64,000 nucleotides of DNA. Source: Candidatus Poribacteria bacterium. GTDB taxonomy: Bacteria > Poribacteria > WGA-4E > WGA-3G. The notes beneath the pieces were generated by a model. It did no database searches, was not told the origin of the DNA, and saw nothing but the letters and a program-made list of their open reading frames with translations. Below, piece after piece: positions 42,575 to 52,811 of this stretch (within the stretch, counting starts at the first letter, position 1; each line of letters starts with the position of its first letter). The DNA is taken from assembly GCA_965215265.1 (NCBI GenBank), contig OZ244048.1, positions 4,640,001-4,704,000 on the forward strand, given 5' to 3'. A program made the position numbers and the translations under genes.

Positions 42575-43549
42575 CTACATAGGTAGTACGACCTTCGTTT
42601 TATCTTTTGCAGATTGGTAAGTTGCCAAAACTACCTCAACGGCATGTTTACCCCCTCTACCATCAATCATAGGTGTTTTGTTATCATGGATGCATTCCAC
42701 AAAATGCGCGAGCTCTCCGATTACACCGTGTGCACCTGTGCGATCCGGTGTGATTTCGCGCCATTCGGATGAACCCAATTTTTTGAGGTAAGCAATATCG
42801 GTGCTCATATCTAGCCGGAGAGAACCTTCCGATCCGTCCAAGATGGTTTCGTTGGTGCCTCGTGCCCCGAGGAAACCACCCCATCGCAAAATTCCCACTA
42901 CCTGCGAATCATACCGTATGAGAGAAACAGTATAATCTTCCCAATCATCATGCCCTGAAAAACTGCCTGTCTCCGCAGCGACTGTGACAGCAGTCCCACC
43001 AAACCAGTTAATCAGGTCGGATTTGTGGATTCCGTTTTCTAACAACCCACCGACGGTGCCGTACCAACTGTCTGGACGGGTACGTGGGGCATTGTAGGGA
43101 CCTGTGTAATCGGTTTCTATGTAGACCGGCATCCCGATTTCGCCTGCATCAACGAGCTGCTTGCCGAGTTGATGCACAGGATAAAAGCGGAGTACCTGCC
43201 CTACCATCAAATGAGTCCGTGCTTTATCTGATGCTGCAATCATGGTATCTGCATCCTCAAGCGTAAGGGAGAGCGGTTTTTCGCAAAAGGCGTGTACGCC
43301 AGCCTCTGCAGCAGCCACGACAACTTCTGTGTGAGCAATCGGCGGGGTAGCCACTATGACACCATCAACGGTTTTTAAAAGTTCTTGATAGTCACGGAAG
43401 GCACGGATTTTATGCTGTTCAGCGACTTCTTCAGCTGCTTCCAGTCTCAGATCTGCTATTCCCACAAATTCACAATTTTCAACATTTGGGAGGGCGTTGC
43501 AATGAGAACGTCCCATCCCGCCAACTCCGACAACACCTATACGAACCAT
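42575..43549 (-). CDS. Gfo/Idh/MocA oxidoreductase
   Basis: GVGGMG, 'CEKP', 'GQVLRF'. Confidence 0.9.
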   Translation of the reverse strand: MVRIGVVGVGGMGRSHCNALPNVENCEFVGIADLRLEAAEEVAEQHKIRAFRDYQELLKTVDGVIVATPPIAHTEVVVAAAEAGVHAFCEKPLSLTLEDADTMIAASDKARTHLMVGQVLRFYPVHQLGKQLVDAGEIGMPVYIETDYTGPYNAPRTRPDSWYGTVGGLLENGIHKSDLINWFGGTAVTVAAETGSFSGHDDWEDYTVSLIRYDSQVVGILRWGGFLGARGTNETILDGSEGSLRLDMSTDIAYLKKLGSSEWREITPDRTGAHGVIGELAHFVECIHDNKTPMIDGRGGKHAVEVVLATYQSAKDKTKVVLPM

Positions 43550-43562
43550 GTCAGATCTCCTT

Positions 43563-44333
43563 TTATTTTCCTGCACTGGTAACCGGAAACGGAGCGGCAA
43601 ACTGATACGCGCCATCTGTATCTACGGAGATGCGCGGCGGCTGCCGATTTCTTTCAAACCAATTATAACCAATTTGCAGATTTTTCCAAAATGTTATCTG
43701 CGGTTCATCCTTTAAGCGTTCCAGCGCGCGGTTATCTAATCTTGTCGGAAAAATATGCACTGGGATGCTCGATTGTCCGTTTGACTTTGCTTGCACTGCC
43801 AACCAATAGAGTGCTTTGATGCCGTCATCGGTAATCGGAACACAGCCGACCGTCACGCATCCGCCGTGGATAAATATATCGCTGCCGGGGTGTTGCGGGT
43901 CTCCTAAAATTCTATCCGATGGGTTTGGATAATTCAGTCCGAGCGACAAATAAAAATTACTGTTTGGATTGAATCTGTCAATTTTATAAAAGCCTTCTGG
44001 AATCTGCAAATCTCCCTCGCGTCGTTTTGGACCTAAGTTTCCTGATGTTTGACAAATTGCGAAATTTTTCACGAATTTGAAAACATCTTCGGTTTTTGCC
44101 GCTGCCCACAACTCCAAAATTTTCTCTTCTTTGAAAACACGGATGAATAGTTTCAACGGTGGATAAGTGATGCCTTTATCAGCAAACAGGCTGCGCAAGT
44201 CGGTGTCTGTTTTTGATATGGCTCTCTGTACGCGAGGGTGTCTTCGCTGTTTGTCCGCAAAAGTCTGTCCGTCTGTTAATTGACAGGAAAATAGCATAGC
44301 AAATGTAAGCAAGGCAGTCGTGTGTAGTTTCAT
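43563..44333 (-). CDS. L,D-transpeptidase-family protein (YafK/DpaA-like)
   Basis: 'GPKRREGDLQIPEGFY', 'IFIHGGCVTVGC'. Confidence 0.85.
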   Translation of the reverse strand: MKLHTTALLTFAMLFSCQLTDGQTFADKQRRHPRVQRAISKTDTDLRSLFADKGITYPPLKLFIRVFKEEKILELWAAAKTEDVFKFVKNFAICQTSGNLGPKRREGDLQIPEGFYKIDRFNPNSNFYLSLGLNYPNPSDRILGDPQHPGSDIFIHGGCVTVGCVPITDDGIKALYWLAVQAKSNGQSSIPVHIFPTRLDNRALERLKDEPQITFWKNLQIGYNWFERNRQPPRISVDTDGAYQFAAPFPVTSAGK

Positions 44334-44405
44334 ATTTTTATTGAAGTCCTCTTTCATTGAGGTTAATATTACATGAGTGGTATATTTAGAGAATTCCGTA
44401 AGATG

Positions 44406-45062
44406 CTATTTTGCGCGTTGTTTCACCACTCCTATTATGATTGAAACCGCAATGACGATTCCGAATCCCCAGAAGAGTAATTTGATACTTCCGGTTGCGC
44501 GTTCACCAAGATAGGAATAGAGCAAGGTAGCCGGGAGCTGACCTATGCCAGTGGCGACGGCGAACGCTATGAACCGTATTCTTGTAAGCCCTGCTCCATA
44601 ACTAATGGCATCAAAAGAGATGATTGGCACCAAACGTGCGATGAGGACTGCATGCTGTCCATATCGGAGGAAAAACAGGTCGGACGCTTCTATCGCGGAT
44701 TCGCTGAGAACTTTGACAACAACAGGTCTACCGAGGACGCGAGCAATGAAAAAGCAGAGCATCGCCCCGAGCATCGCGCTACTCCATGATAGTGCAGCGC
44801 CCCACCATACGCCGAATAGGAGTCCATTGGCGAAGGTAATCAGGAAGGCGGGGAGTGGGGCGATGATGCTTTGCAAAACCATCAACAGGGCAGAGACAAT
44901 TGGTGCCAGCACGCCGTATGAGGCGATATAATCGCGGAGTGTTTCCAAATTCTGAAACTTGGCGAAAATATCGGTTAGCCAGCTGCGAAACGCAGGTTGG
45001 ATTAGAGCGAAGAAGCCAAGTCCCAGCAGCACCAATAGGAGTGCAATTTTAAGGCGATTCAT
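44406..45062 (-). CDS. TVP38/TMEM64 (DedA/SNARE-associated, YdjZ-like) membrane protein
   Basis: 'PLPAFLITFANG', 'ARLVP..SFD..SYGAGLT'. Confidence 0.88.
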   Translation of the reverse strand: MNRLKIALLLVLLGLGFFALIQPAFRSWLTDIFAKFQNLETLRDYIASYGVLAPIVSALLMVLQSIIAPLPAFLITFANGLLFGVWWGAALSWSSAMLGAMLCFFIARVLGRPVVVKVLSESAIEASDLFFLRYGQHAVLIARLVPIISFDAISYGAGLTRIRFIAFAVATGIGQLPATLLYSYLGERATGSIKLLFWGFGIVIAVSIIIGVVKQRAK

Positions 45063-45984
45063 TTTTCAGTAGTCCTATCAATGCGCTGCTCATCCGTGCT
45101 TGTGCTTCCTGAACCTTGTCTTCGTGCCAGTCATAAAAACCTTTTTCGGATTTTACACCGAGCTCTCCAGTTTCAACCATCTTTCTGAGAAGGGGGTTGA
45201 TATCAGGCGAACTGTTCAGATCACGATAGAGCGTTTCAAAAGCGTCAAGGACGAGGTCCCAGCCTGCAAATTCAAACACTTCAAAGGGCCCTGCAACACT
45301 GAGCCGTCTTCCGAAACTATTGCGTACTACCATGTCAACGGTTTCTGCAGTAGCGATGCCTTGTTCGACAATAGAGAATGCTTCGCGGATGAGGGCGGCT
45401 TGCAAGCGCGGTCCAACAAAACCCAGTGCTTCTTTTTCAATAATTGCTGGTTTTTTGCCGAGGGTCGTCAATAAATCGGAGGCCACTGAAACTGTTTCAT
45501 CGGACGTTTCAGGACCGCGAATCAGTTCTACAAGCGGAATCAGGAAGGGTGGATTAAAATAGTGGGTATTGAGCACTTTATCGCGCCGGTTCGTTTTCTC
45601 TGCGAGCTGACTCGGCATCAGTGCTGTTGTATTGCTTGCCAAAATTGTGTGCGGGTGGCAGGTCGCGTCTAGTTGCTCAAAAATCTGTTGTTTCAATGCC
45701 AAATTCTCCGGAACGGCTTCAATCACAAAATCCGCATGTTGGGCTATCTCTGTGAGCATTGTGCTACCCTGAAGTCGGCACATGGTTGGTGCAATCGCGT
45801 CCCTCGCTATGATGGCGTTGTCAGCGAGCATGTTGAGGTTGCTCTCAATTCTTGCAAAAGCTGCCTCAATTTTTTCTTCTGTTACGTCATGAAGATAGAC
45901 AGTGTAGCCGACTGTCGCGAATTCTTGAGCGATGCCGTGGCCCATGAGCCCTGCCCCAATAACTGCTATTGTTCGTGGTTGCAT
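45049..45984 (-). CDS. 3-hydroxyacyl-CoA dehydrogenase family protein
   Basis: GAGLMG, 'IEAVPE', 'ASNT', 'HYFNPP'. Confidence 0.9.
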   Translation of the reverse strand: MQPRTIAVIGAGLMGHGIAQEFATVGYTVYLHDVTEEKIEAAFARIESNLNMLADNAIIARDAIAPTMCRLQGSTMLTEIAQHADFVIEAVPENLALKQQIFEQLDATCHPHTILASNTTALMPSQLAEKTNRRDKVLNTHYFNPPFLIPLVELIRGPETSDETVSVASDLLTTLGKKPAIIEKEALGFVGPRLQAALIREAFSIVEQGIATAETVDMVVRNSFGRRLSVAGPFEVFEFAGWDLVLDAFETLYRDLNSSPDINPLLRKMVETGELGVKSEKGFYDWHEDKVQEAQARMSSALIGLLKNESP

Positions 45985-46046
45985 CAGATACCTCCAGCGC
46001 AAATGATAAGAGATGCTGCAGCACTAAGCTGCAGTGGCGTTAACGG

Positions 46047-46772
46047 TTATGTACGTTCGGTTCCCTCCTCCTTAGTAGGAGACGGTTGCGTGCTGCAAGC
46101 GATGACGATGGTGAATTCGCCACGGGGGGCGGTTCTACGGAATTTCTTGAGCGCTTCACTGACGTTACCGCGGAATATCTCTTCAAAACGTTTGGTCAGT
46201 TCGCGCGCAATGACGATGTCACGTTCCCCCATGACTTCAAGTACATCTTCAAGAAAACGGATGAGCCGATGCGGCGACTCAAACAGTATTAACGTTCTTT
46301 TTTCAGCTGCGAGTACAGCTAATTGACGTTTCCGTTTCCCTGTTTTTGGAGAGAGGAAGCCTTCAAAAGTAAAATTGTGCAGCGGCAGTCCAGAAATGGA
46401 GGCGGCTGTAATGACTGCCGAGGGTCCGGGAATCGCCTCGATCGGAATTTCTTCTGCGATGCATCCTCGGAGCAGTGGGTATCCCGGATCTGAAATCGTA
46501 GGGGTGCCGGCATCTGAAACAAGCGCAATGTTTTGTCCGTTCCTTAGCCGTGCGAGGAGTGTTGCACGCTTTGCTTGTTGGTTGCCCTCGAAATAGCTAG
46601 TTATTGGGGTGTGAATGTCGTAATGTGTTAAGAGGCGGCGTGTTTGTCGAGTATCCTCAGCAGCGATGAGCTCAACTTCTTTTAAGATACGGAGGGCTCG
46701 CAGTGTAATATCCTCTAAATTTCCAATAGGTGTGCTAACGAGGTAAAGGGTACCGGTTGTCTTATCGTGCAT
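46047..46772 (-). CDS. rsmI: 16S rRNA (cytidine1402-2'-O)-methyltransferase
   Basis: 'TPIGNLEDIT.RA', 'AEDTR', 'SDAGTP.ISDPG', 'ESPHR', 'RELTK'. Confidence 0.95.
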   Translation of the reverse strand: MHDKTTGTLYLVSTPIGNLEDITLRALRILKEVELIAAEDTRQTRRLLTHYDIHTPITSYFEGNQQAKRATLLARLRNGQNIALVSDAGTPTISDPGYPLLRGCIAEEIPIEAIPGPSAVITAASISGLPLHNFTFEGFLSPKTGKRKRQLAVLAAEKRTLILFESPHRLIRFLEDVLEVMGERDIVIARELTKRFEEIFRGNVSEALKKFRRTAPRGEFTIVIACSTQPSPTKEEGTERT

Positions 46773-46825
46773 TTTGTGCTAAATTGACTGTTGTACCTTA
46801 GCATTGCTATTTGATTCAGTGAAAG

Positions 46826-47689
46826 ATGATTGCGAAGGATTTTTATTGTAGGTTTCCAATATTAAGACGTACTCTCGTATCTGCTGCGTTTTTTTTTACG
46901 TTGATGAGTTCTGCTATTGGGCAGAAGGCAACCGTCTATGCTTTTGAATCTGCTCGTCCACTCTACGTTGGTGCACGCGCTTTAGGCATCGGGAACGCTT
47001 TCACGGCAGTTGCTGATGATGCGACAGCCGGCTTTTGGAATCCTGCCGGGTTAATACAGTGGCAAGGCGTAAAACTTTTCGGTGTGAACAAATTCCACGA
47101 TAGGAACGATTACCGTTTCGATCCCAAGGGCATCGGATATAGTTACCGTGGCTATAGTCTGTTTTGGGGAAACAAAATTGCCTTGGGGGTTGAGTCGGGC
47201 GTGCCCGATTTTAACTATTACAGTATCGCGCATCAATTCGGTTCCTATGTGGCTGCTGGATTGAGTCTCAAATTTAAGCGAAGGCATCCGTCCGGAGTAT
47301 ATCAATTTTTCGGCTATCAGATGTCTTATGATGTCGGGTTACTTTTCAAACCGCGTCCTGACCTCAAATTCGGGTGGCTCGCGCAGAATCTTGATGGTTA
47401 CGGGATTCAGTGGATGACGCTTGGCACGGCGTATTGTTATCGCACATGTGAATTCTCAGCTGATGTTGTCCTCTCTACCGAAGGAGCAACGCCTGAACTG
47501 TATCTTGGGGCAGAATGGCACCCTGTTCCGCTCCTTTATCTTCGGGGCGGTAGTTCCAACGGTTTGTTAACTCTTGGCATGGGTGTTGAATGCAAATTCG
47601 CTTGGATTAACACCATAAATCTTAGCTACGCCCGAATTTTCGAACGTGATTTCGTCTCGGACTTCATTTCTGCCGAGTTGTGGTTTTGA
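46826..47689 (+). CDS. Outer-membrane beta-barrel, PorV/PorQ/UPF0164-like
   Basis: 'GARALGIGNAFTAVADDATA..WNPAGL'; C-terminal Phe. Confidence 0.7.
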   Translation: MIAKDFYCRFPILRRTLVSAAFFFTLMSSAIGQKATVYAFESARPLYVGARALGIGNAFTAVADDATAGFWNPAGLIQWQGVKLFGVNKFHDRNDYRFDPKGIGYSYRGYSLFWGNKIALGVESGVPDFNYYSIAHQFGSYVAAGLSLKFKRRHPSGVYQFFGYQMSYDVGLLFKPRPDLKFGWLAQNLDGYGIQWMTLGTAYCYRTCEFSADVVLSTEGATPELYLGAEWHPVPLLYLRGGSSNGLLTLGMGVECKFAWINTINLSYARIFERDFVSDFISAELWF

Positions 47690-47777
47690 TGCCCGCTGGT
47701 AGGGTGGGTGGCATGCCTCCGTCATGAGGAGGAGCAGAGGCACATCCAAAACAAGACGGATCCGAAATAAATTCCGG

Positions 47778-49187
47778 CTACTCTGATTCTGTGACATTCT
47801 TCCACTCTAATTCGGATTGATTCCATTCAAACTGTTGCAATGGACCGAATTTGAGGTTAACGGTTAAATTTTTCGGCGTTGGTGAACTGTCAAACAGATT
47901 AAAATCGCGGACAACGACGTAGGTGTGCTGTCCATCGGAAATTGTTTCGCAGGCCTCGATGAAGTCGTCTAAATTTCGGATCTGTTTCCCGTTAATATCA
48001 AGGATGACAACTTTGGAATTGCCGTTTCTTTCTTGCACACCAACACGGGAAAAACTACTGCCTGCGACAGCATGCGGCAAATAGACACCGTCTGCTTCCA
48101 AGTAGAGCATGCGTCGGAGTTTAGGCGTAATATCGTGAAAAACCGCCCCGCCGAACCTAACGAATCTCTGAACCTTTTTGTGTTCTAAGTCCTCAACAGG
48201 AACATCAAGCTGCAGGTTTTCACCGTTACGATAGATGTCCAGAGTGACGGTTTTTCCAACCTGCTTGTTCAAGACAGCATCAAACGTATATAAATCGTCC
48301 TTGATGAGTTTTTCATCGATGCGGTAGATGATATCGGATGCCCTCAGCATAGCCTCGCCGGTTGTACGTGGCACTATGGATTCAATCTGAATCACCTTAG
48401 GGGTTCCGGCCTTAGAGGGGCCTATCTCTTTTCGCAGTGCACTCGGAAAATTAAAATGTTTAATCGCTTCACCTATAGAAATCAAATCTAAGTCAACGCC
48501 GATTTCACCCCGCTGAATAGACATGTTATCCCGAATCAACTGCAGGGCATCGATAAGGTAATCAATCGGTAGTTCAAAACTCGAAGTGTCGGTACCTCGC
48601 GCATGGATGGCGATAACCTGGCCGGCGGTATTCCATACAGGACTGCCGCTTGAACCGCCTGTCCGGTCAAACGTGGTGTGGATATAACTAGAGTGCCGGT
48701 CACCTTTGTTGACGTTCAAATTCGCAATCGTTCCGAATTTAATCGAGTACTCCTCTTTTTCGTTATTGCCGATGAGTAACAGCTCATCTCCAAGGGCGAG
48801 TTCATCCCATGCCCCCAATTCAACGGCTTGGAGTTCAAATTCGACTTCGGCCGGGTTAATTTGATAGAATCCGAAGTCGTGCGTCGGATCGTAGTAGAGA
48901 ATTTTGGCTTCGGTAAAACTACCATCATGGAAGTTAATTTTAACGTACGCCGGGCTGCTACCGGTAACATGACGGTTCGTTGCGATGATACCGTGCTCAT
49001 CGTCTATAACAAAGCCTGTGGCGAAACTGGTACCCTTCACCTCGGTTTCAAAAACAATCTCGGAGGCCGTTTCTACATTCACTACCATCGGTTTAAAGGC
49101 AGCAATCTGGTCTGTCCAATTGTGGGCTGCATCCGTGGTTGCTACAGTAATTGTAAGCGTACATAAAAGCAATAGTATCTTCTTCAT
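47778..49187 (-). CDS. Secreted trypsin-like serine protease with PDZ domains (Nma111/DEG7-like)
   Basis: Signal peptide; 'TNRHV', 'DPTHDFGF', 'GGSSGSPV' catalytic triad motifs. Confidence 0.85.
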   Translation of the reverse strand: MKKILLLLCTLTITVATTDAAHNWTDQIAAFKPMVVNVETASEIVFETEVKGTSFATGFVIDDEHGIIATNRHVTGSSPAYVKINFHDGSFTEAKILYYDPTHDFGFYQINPAEVEFELQAVELGAWDELALGDELLLIGNNEKEEYSIKFGTIANLNVNKGDRHSSYIHTTFDRTGGSSGSPVWNTAGQVIAIHARGTDTSSFELPIDYLIDALQLIRDNMSIQRGEIGVDLDLISIGEAIKHFNFPSALRKEIGPSKAGTPKVIQIESIVPRTTGEAMLRASDIIYRIDEKLIKDDLYTFDAVLNKQVGKTVTLDIYRNGENLQLDVPVEDLEHKKVQRFVRFGGAVFHDITPKLRRMLYLEADGVYLPHAVAGSSFSRVGVQERNGNSKVVILDINGKQIRNLDDFIEACETISDGQHTYVVVRDFNLFDSSPTPKNLTVNLKFGPLQQFEWNQSELEWKNVTESE

Positions 49188-49585
49188 AATTTCCTTTTAT
49201 TTTCCACACGCAACCGCCGATCGCGTGTGTTAGATGTAGTACTGTTTTTTTTTACATAAAATCATTTTATCATATAAACTTGGGATAAATCAAGATGTTT
49301 ATAGTAATAAGCAGGGCGTTTTCTAATTCGAGCCAATTGCTAATGGGTACTGATAGGCTTGATTGACTTCATGAGAAAAGCGAACAGGGGCCTAAAATCC
49401 ACTGTGTTTTTTATCCGGACAATATCCATATCTTTGGATTGAGCGGAAGACGGTTTTCCCGTCGGGGCGTTTAGAAAACCGCACTATAAAAAATAGGACA
49501 TGTTGACGAGGTTTCCGAAAACATGATATATTATCATATAGCCTTGTAGCAAAGATTTATTATACTACAGTGAGAGGAGTTTTCC

Positions 49586-50515
49586 ATGGCAACCCATCAC
49601 TTTCAACCCACAGTTTATCACACGGCGATTGGCGCGCATGAACCGGTGCTACACGTTCAACGCGGCGATACCATTCACACGACCACCGTTGATAATGCGG
49701 GGTACGATGCTACCGATACACAAGTAACCCCCGGTGGCAATCCTCAAACAGGGCCTTTCTATATTGAATCCGCCGAGCCCGGAGATACGCTCGCGATCCA
49801 TTTTGACTGCATCGTCCCAAATCGGAAAATCGGGCGTACCGCTACTGTTGTCGCCCCCAATGTACTTGACCCAAGCTACGTCGTCTCCGAGATGCCGGAA
49901 GGCGGCCGGGCAGAATGGCACGTCGATGTTGAGAGATGGATCGCGACGTTGATATCGCCAGAAACGCAGCTAGCCAATTTGACGCTTCCTCTTGAACCGA
50001 TGGTCGGCTGTTTTGGCGTTGCACCGCCACGCGGGCAGGCAATTTCAACCGCAACCTCATCAACCCATGGTGGGAATATGGACTATCGAGGCTTTAAAGA
50101 GGGCGTTACCGTCTACTTCCCAGTATTTGTGCCCGGTGCGCTTTTCCACCTTGGCGATGGGCATGCTGTGCAAGGGGATGGCGAAATTGTCGGAACGGGG
50201 ATTGAAATCTCTTTTGATGTGCAGTTTACAGTCGATGTGCTCAAGGGCAAAAGTATTAACTGGCCCCGCGCAGAGAATGCCGATTACATCCTTGCAGCTG
50301 GCAATGCACGGCCCTTAGATCAGGCCATACAACACGCGACAACGGAAATCCTGCGGTGGTTAGGTGAACTCGGCTTGGATAAATGCTCAGCACATATCTT
50401 ATTAGGGCAAGTCGTAGAATATGACATCGGCAACGTCTTCGACCCAGCTTATACGATGGTATGTAAAATCAAAAAATCTATATTATCGGACATCGGGCTC
50501 ATGCAGCGTGTTTGA
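49586..50515 (+). CDS. Acetamidase/formamidase family protein
   Basis: 'NPQTGPFYI', 'GGNMD', 'GDGHAVQGDGE'. Confidence 0.9.
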   Translation: MATHHFQPTVYHTAIGAHEPVLHVQRGDTIHTTTVDNAGYDATDTQVTPGGNPQTGPFYIESAEPGDTLAIHFDCIVPNRKIGRTATVVAPNVLDPSYVVSEMPEGGRAEWHVDVERWIATLISPETQLANLTLPLEPMVGCFGVAPPRGQAISTATSSTHGGNMDYRGFKEGVTVYFPVFVPGALFHLGDGHAVQGDGEIVGTGIEISFDVQFTVDVLKGKSINWPRAENADYILAAGNARPLDQAIQHATTEILRWLGELGLDKCSAHILLGQVVEYDIGNVFDPAYTMVCKIKKSILSDIGLMQRV

Positions 50516-50716
50516 CCGGCGGAGCATGTTTATAGGGCGGAGGTTACAGCAAAATCCGTTTTAATCGATGGCGATTGGATTGAGTTGCGAAAATAGAGAT
50601 TCGAATTTGTTGAAAATTGCGGAAAAGTGTCACAGCAGCGATGCAATTTTCGATGGAATCGAGTCTAGAAAAATTTGCTTTCTGGTATAATTATATCATT
50701 ATACAAAGGAGTTACT

Positions 50717-52720
50717 ATGAAAACCCTATTAGTCAACCGAAAGGTTATCAGGTCAATTCTGACTGTGATGTTGTTGATATGCGTCGCACAGTTCAGCAGT
50801 TATGTTGCTGCGGCACCTACCGTTACCGTATCAACCCCGGTGCCGTTGACGGAGGCAAACTTAGATGGGAGTGTCGTCACATTAGCCCTCAGCGGCGGGA
50901 CGTACGAACGATTTATCTTTGCTATCCGTGATGCGGTGAAAGTCTCAGGCGTTAGAGGGGTAAGTGCTACGACTTTTTTCGGTGTGAAACGTGTGAGCGA
51001 CACAGAAATGACCGTTGAACTTGTCTTCGACGGCAATATAGATAGCGATACCACATTAACCTTCACCATTAGTGCTGGTGCCATAGCCGAATATAATGGT
51101 CCCGCGCTCACCGCACAACTCCCCATCACTGCCGTAGCCGAATCGGTAGTTGCCTCAACCGCCCTTCCGTTGACGGAGGCGAATTTGGATGGGAGTGTTG
51201 TCACTTTAGCCCTCAGTGGCAGGACTTACGAGCGATTTATCTTTGCTATCCGTGATGCGGTGAAAGTCTCAGGCATTAAGGGTGTAAGTGCTACGACTTT
51301 CGGTGTGAAACGTGTGAGCGACACCGAGGTGTCCGTTGAACTTGCCTTCACCGGCAATATAGATAGCGATGCCACGCTAACCTTTACTATCGGTGCTGGT
51401 GCCATAGCCGAATATAATGGTCCCGCGCTCACCGCACAACTCCCCATCACTGCCGTAGCCGAATCGGTAGTTGCCTCAACTGCCCTTCCGTTGACGGAGG
51501 CGAATTTGGATGGGAGTGTTGTCACATTAACCCTCAGCAGCAGGACCTACGAGCGAAATATCCGCGCTATCCTTGATGTGGTGACAGTCTCAGGCATTCC
51601 GGCGGTAGCCGTTAAGACTACCTCGCAGAGTGACGAGGCAGCAACACAAAGTGGAGAAGATATCTGCCAAACTGACGATGTGCTTGCCCCCGGAGAAAGT
51701 TGCACTTACCCCGGCACGGACGGCAAGTTTTCTGTACTCCATGATGGCAGAGGTCAAGTGAAGGTGGGACCACTCAATCTCACTGCCGACAGGATTATTG
51801 ATTCCAGAAATATAACAGTGAATAATGAGATTTTTAACTTCCTTGCCAGGAACCGCGGCGGATCTTGGGTAATAGAAGAAGCTGGACACACCGTCTTTGG
51901 CGTGGCACGTGTGAGCGACACCGAGGTGTCCGTTGAACTTGCCTTCACCGGCAATATCGACACCGATGCTACGCTAATCTTCACCATCGGTGCCGGCGCA
52001 ATAGCAGGTTATGACGGACCTCCGCTCAAAGCAGAAATAACCGTCACCCCGGATGCTGAAGTTCCAGAAATACCAGAACCAGGACAAACTGGAGACAGAC
52101 CCACACAGCTTGCAGCAGATGTTAATAAGGACGGTACCGAAGACTTCCTAGATTTGGTATTTGTTGCATCACGTTACGGGCAAACAGGGCAGAATCCGGC
52201 AGATCTCAACGGGGATAACGTCGTCGATATTTTAGATCTTCTTCTTGTTGTTGCTGCACTAGACACAAGTGCAGCTGCACCTGCACTGCATCCTGATTCG
52301 ATAGAAATGCTCACCGCAGCCGACGTGAGAAAATGGCTCTCTCACGCACACTCCTTAAATCTCACGGATGCTACGTTCCGAAGAGGCGTTCTGGTTTTGG
52401 AACAACTCTTAACCGTGCTAACCCCCAAAGAGACTCTCCTCTTGCCAAATTATCCGAACCCGTTTAATCCGGAGACATGGATACCGTATCGGTTGGCAAA
52501 ACCTGGAGATGTCCAATTGACAATCTACGCTATGGACGGGCATGTAGTTCGGCGGTTGGTTCTCGGACATCAACCTGCAGGCATCTATCAGACGCGCAGC
52601 CGGGCAGCCTATTGGGATGGTAGGAATGCATTCGGTGAACCCGTGGCGAGTGGGATTTACTTCTACACACTCACGGTGGGTGAGTTCACTGCTACGAGGA
52701 AAATGATGATACGGAAGTAA
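50717..52720 (+). CDS. Secreted repeat protein with dockerin-like and C-terminal FlgD/T9SS-type-A-like domains
   Basis: SD AAGGAG; signal peptide; three ~107-aa repeats; 'DVNKDG..DFLDL', 'DLNGDNVVDILDL'; 'LLPNYPNPFNPETWIPY...WDGRN..GE.VASGIYFY'. Confidence 0.88.
   Translation: MKTLLVNRKVIRSILTVMLLICVAQFSSYVAAAPTVTVSTPVPLTEANLDGSVVTLALSGGTYERFIFAIRDAVKVSGVRGVSATTFFGVKRVSDTEMTVELVFDGNIDSDTTLTFTISAGAIAEYNGPALTAQLPITAVAESVVASTALPLTEANLDGSVVTLALSGRTYERFIFAIRDAVKVSGIKGVSATTFGVKRVSDTEVSVELAFTGNIDSDATLTFTIGAGAIAEYNGPALTAQLPITAVAESVVASTALPLTEANLDGSVVTLTLSSRTYERNIRAILDVVTVSGIPAVAVKTTSQSDEAATQSGEDICQTDDVLAPGESCTYPGTDGKFSVLHDGRGQVKVGPLNLTADRIIDSRNITVNNEIFNFLARNRGGSWVIEEAGHTVFGVARVSDTEVSVELAFTGNIDTDATLIFTIGAGAIAGYDGPPLKAEITVTPDAEVPEIPEPGQTGDRPTQLAADVNKDGTEDFLDLVFVASRYGQTGQNPADLNGDNVVDILDLLLVVAALDTSAAAPALHPDSIEMLTAADVRKWLSHAHSLNLTDATFRRGVLVLEQLLTVLTPKETLLLPNYPNPFNPETWIPYRLAKPGDVQLTIYAMDGHVVRRLVLGHQPAGIYQTRSRAAYWDGRNAFGEPVASGIYFYTLTVGEFTATRKMMIRK
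50843..52030 (+). repeat. Intragenic tandem repeats (units start at 50843, 51167, 51488)
   Basis: 324- and 321-bp near-identical units beginning PLTEANLDGSVVTL; the third unit is interrupted. Confidence 0.9.
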
Positions 52721-52756
52721 AAGTAGCGTATCCTGCTGAATATCCCAAATGCTTTT

Positions 52757-52793
52757 TTCGTGCTAACTACAAAACTTTTGTAGTTGGCACGAA
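52757..52793. terminator. Inverted repeat between convergent genes (probable bidirectional terminator)
   Basis: TTCGTGCTAACTACAAAA-C-TTTTGTAGTTGGCACGAA. Confidence 0.7.
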
Positions 52794-52811
52794 TCTGTGG
52801 CAGGACGAATC

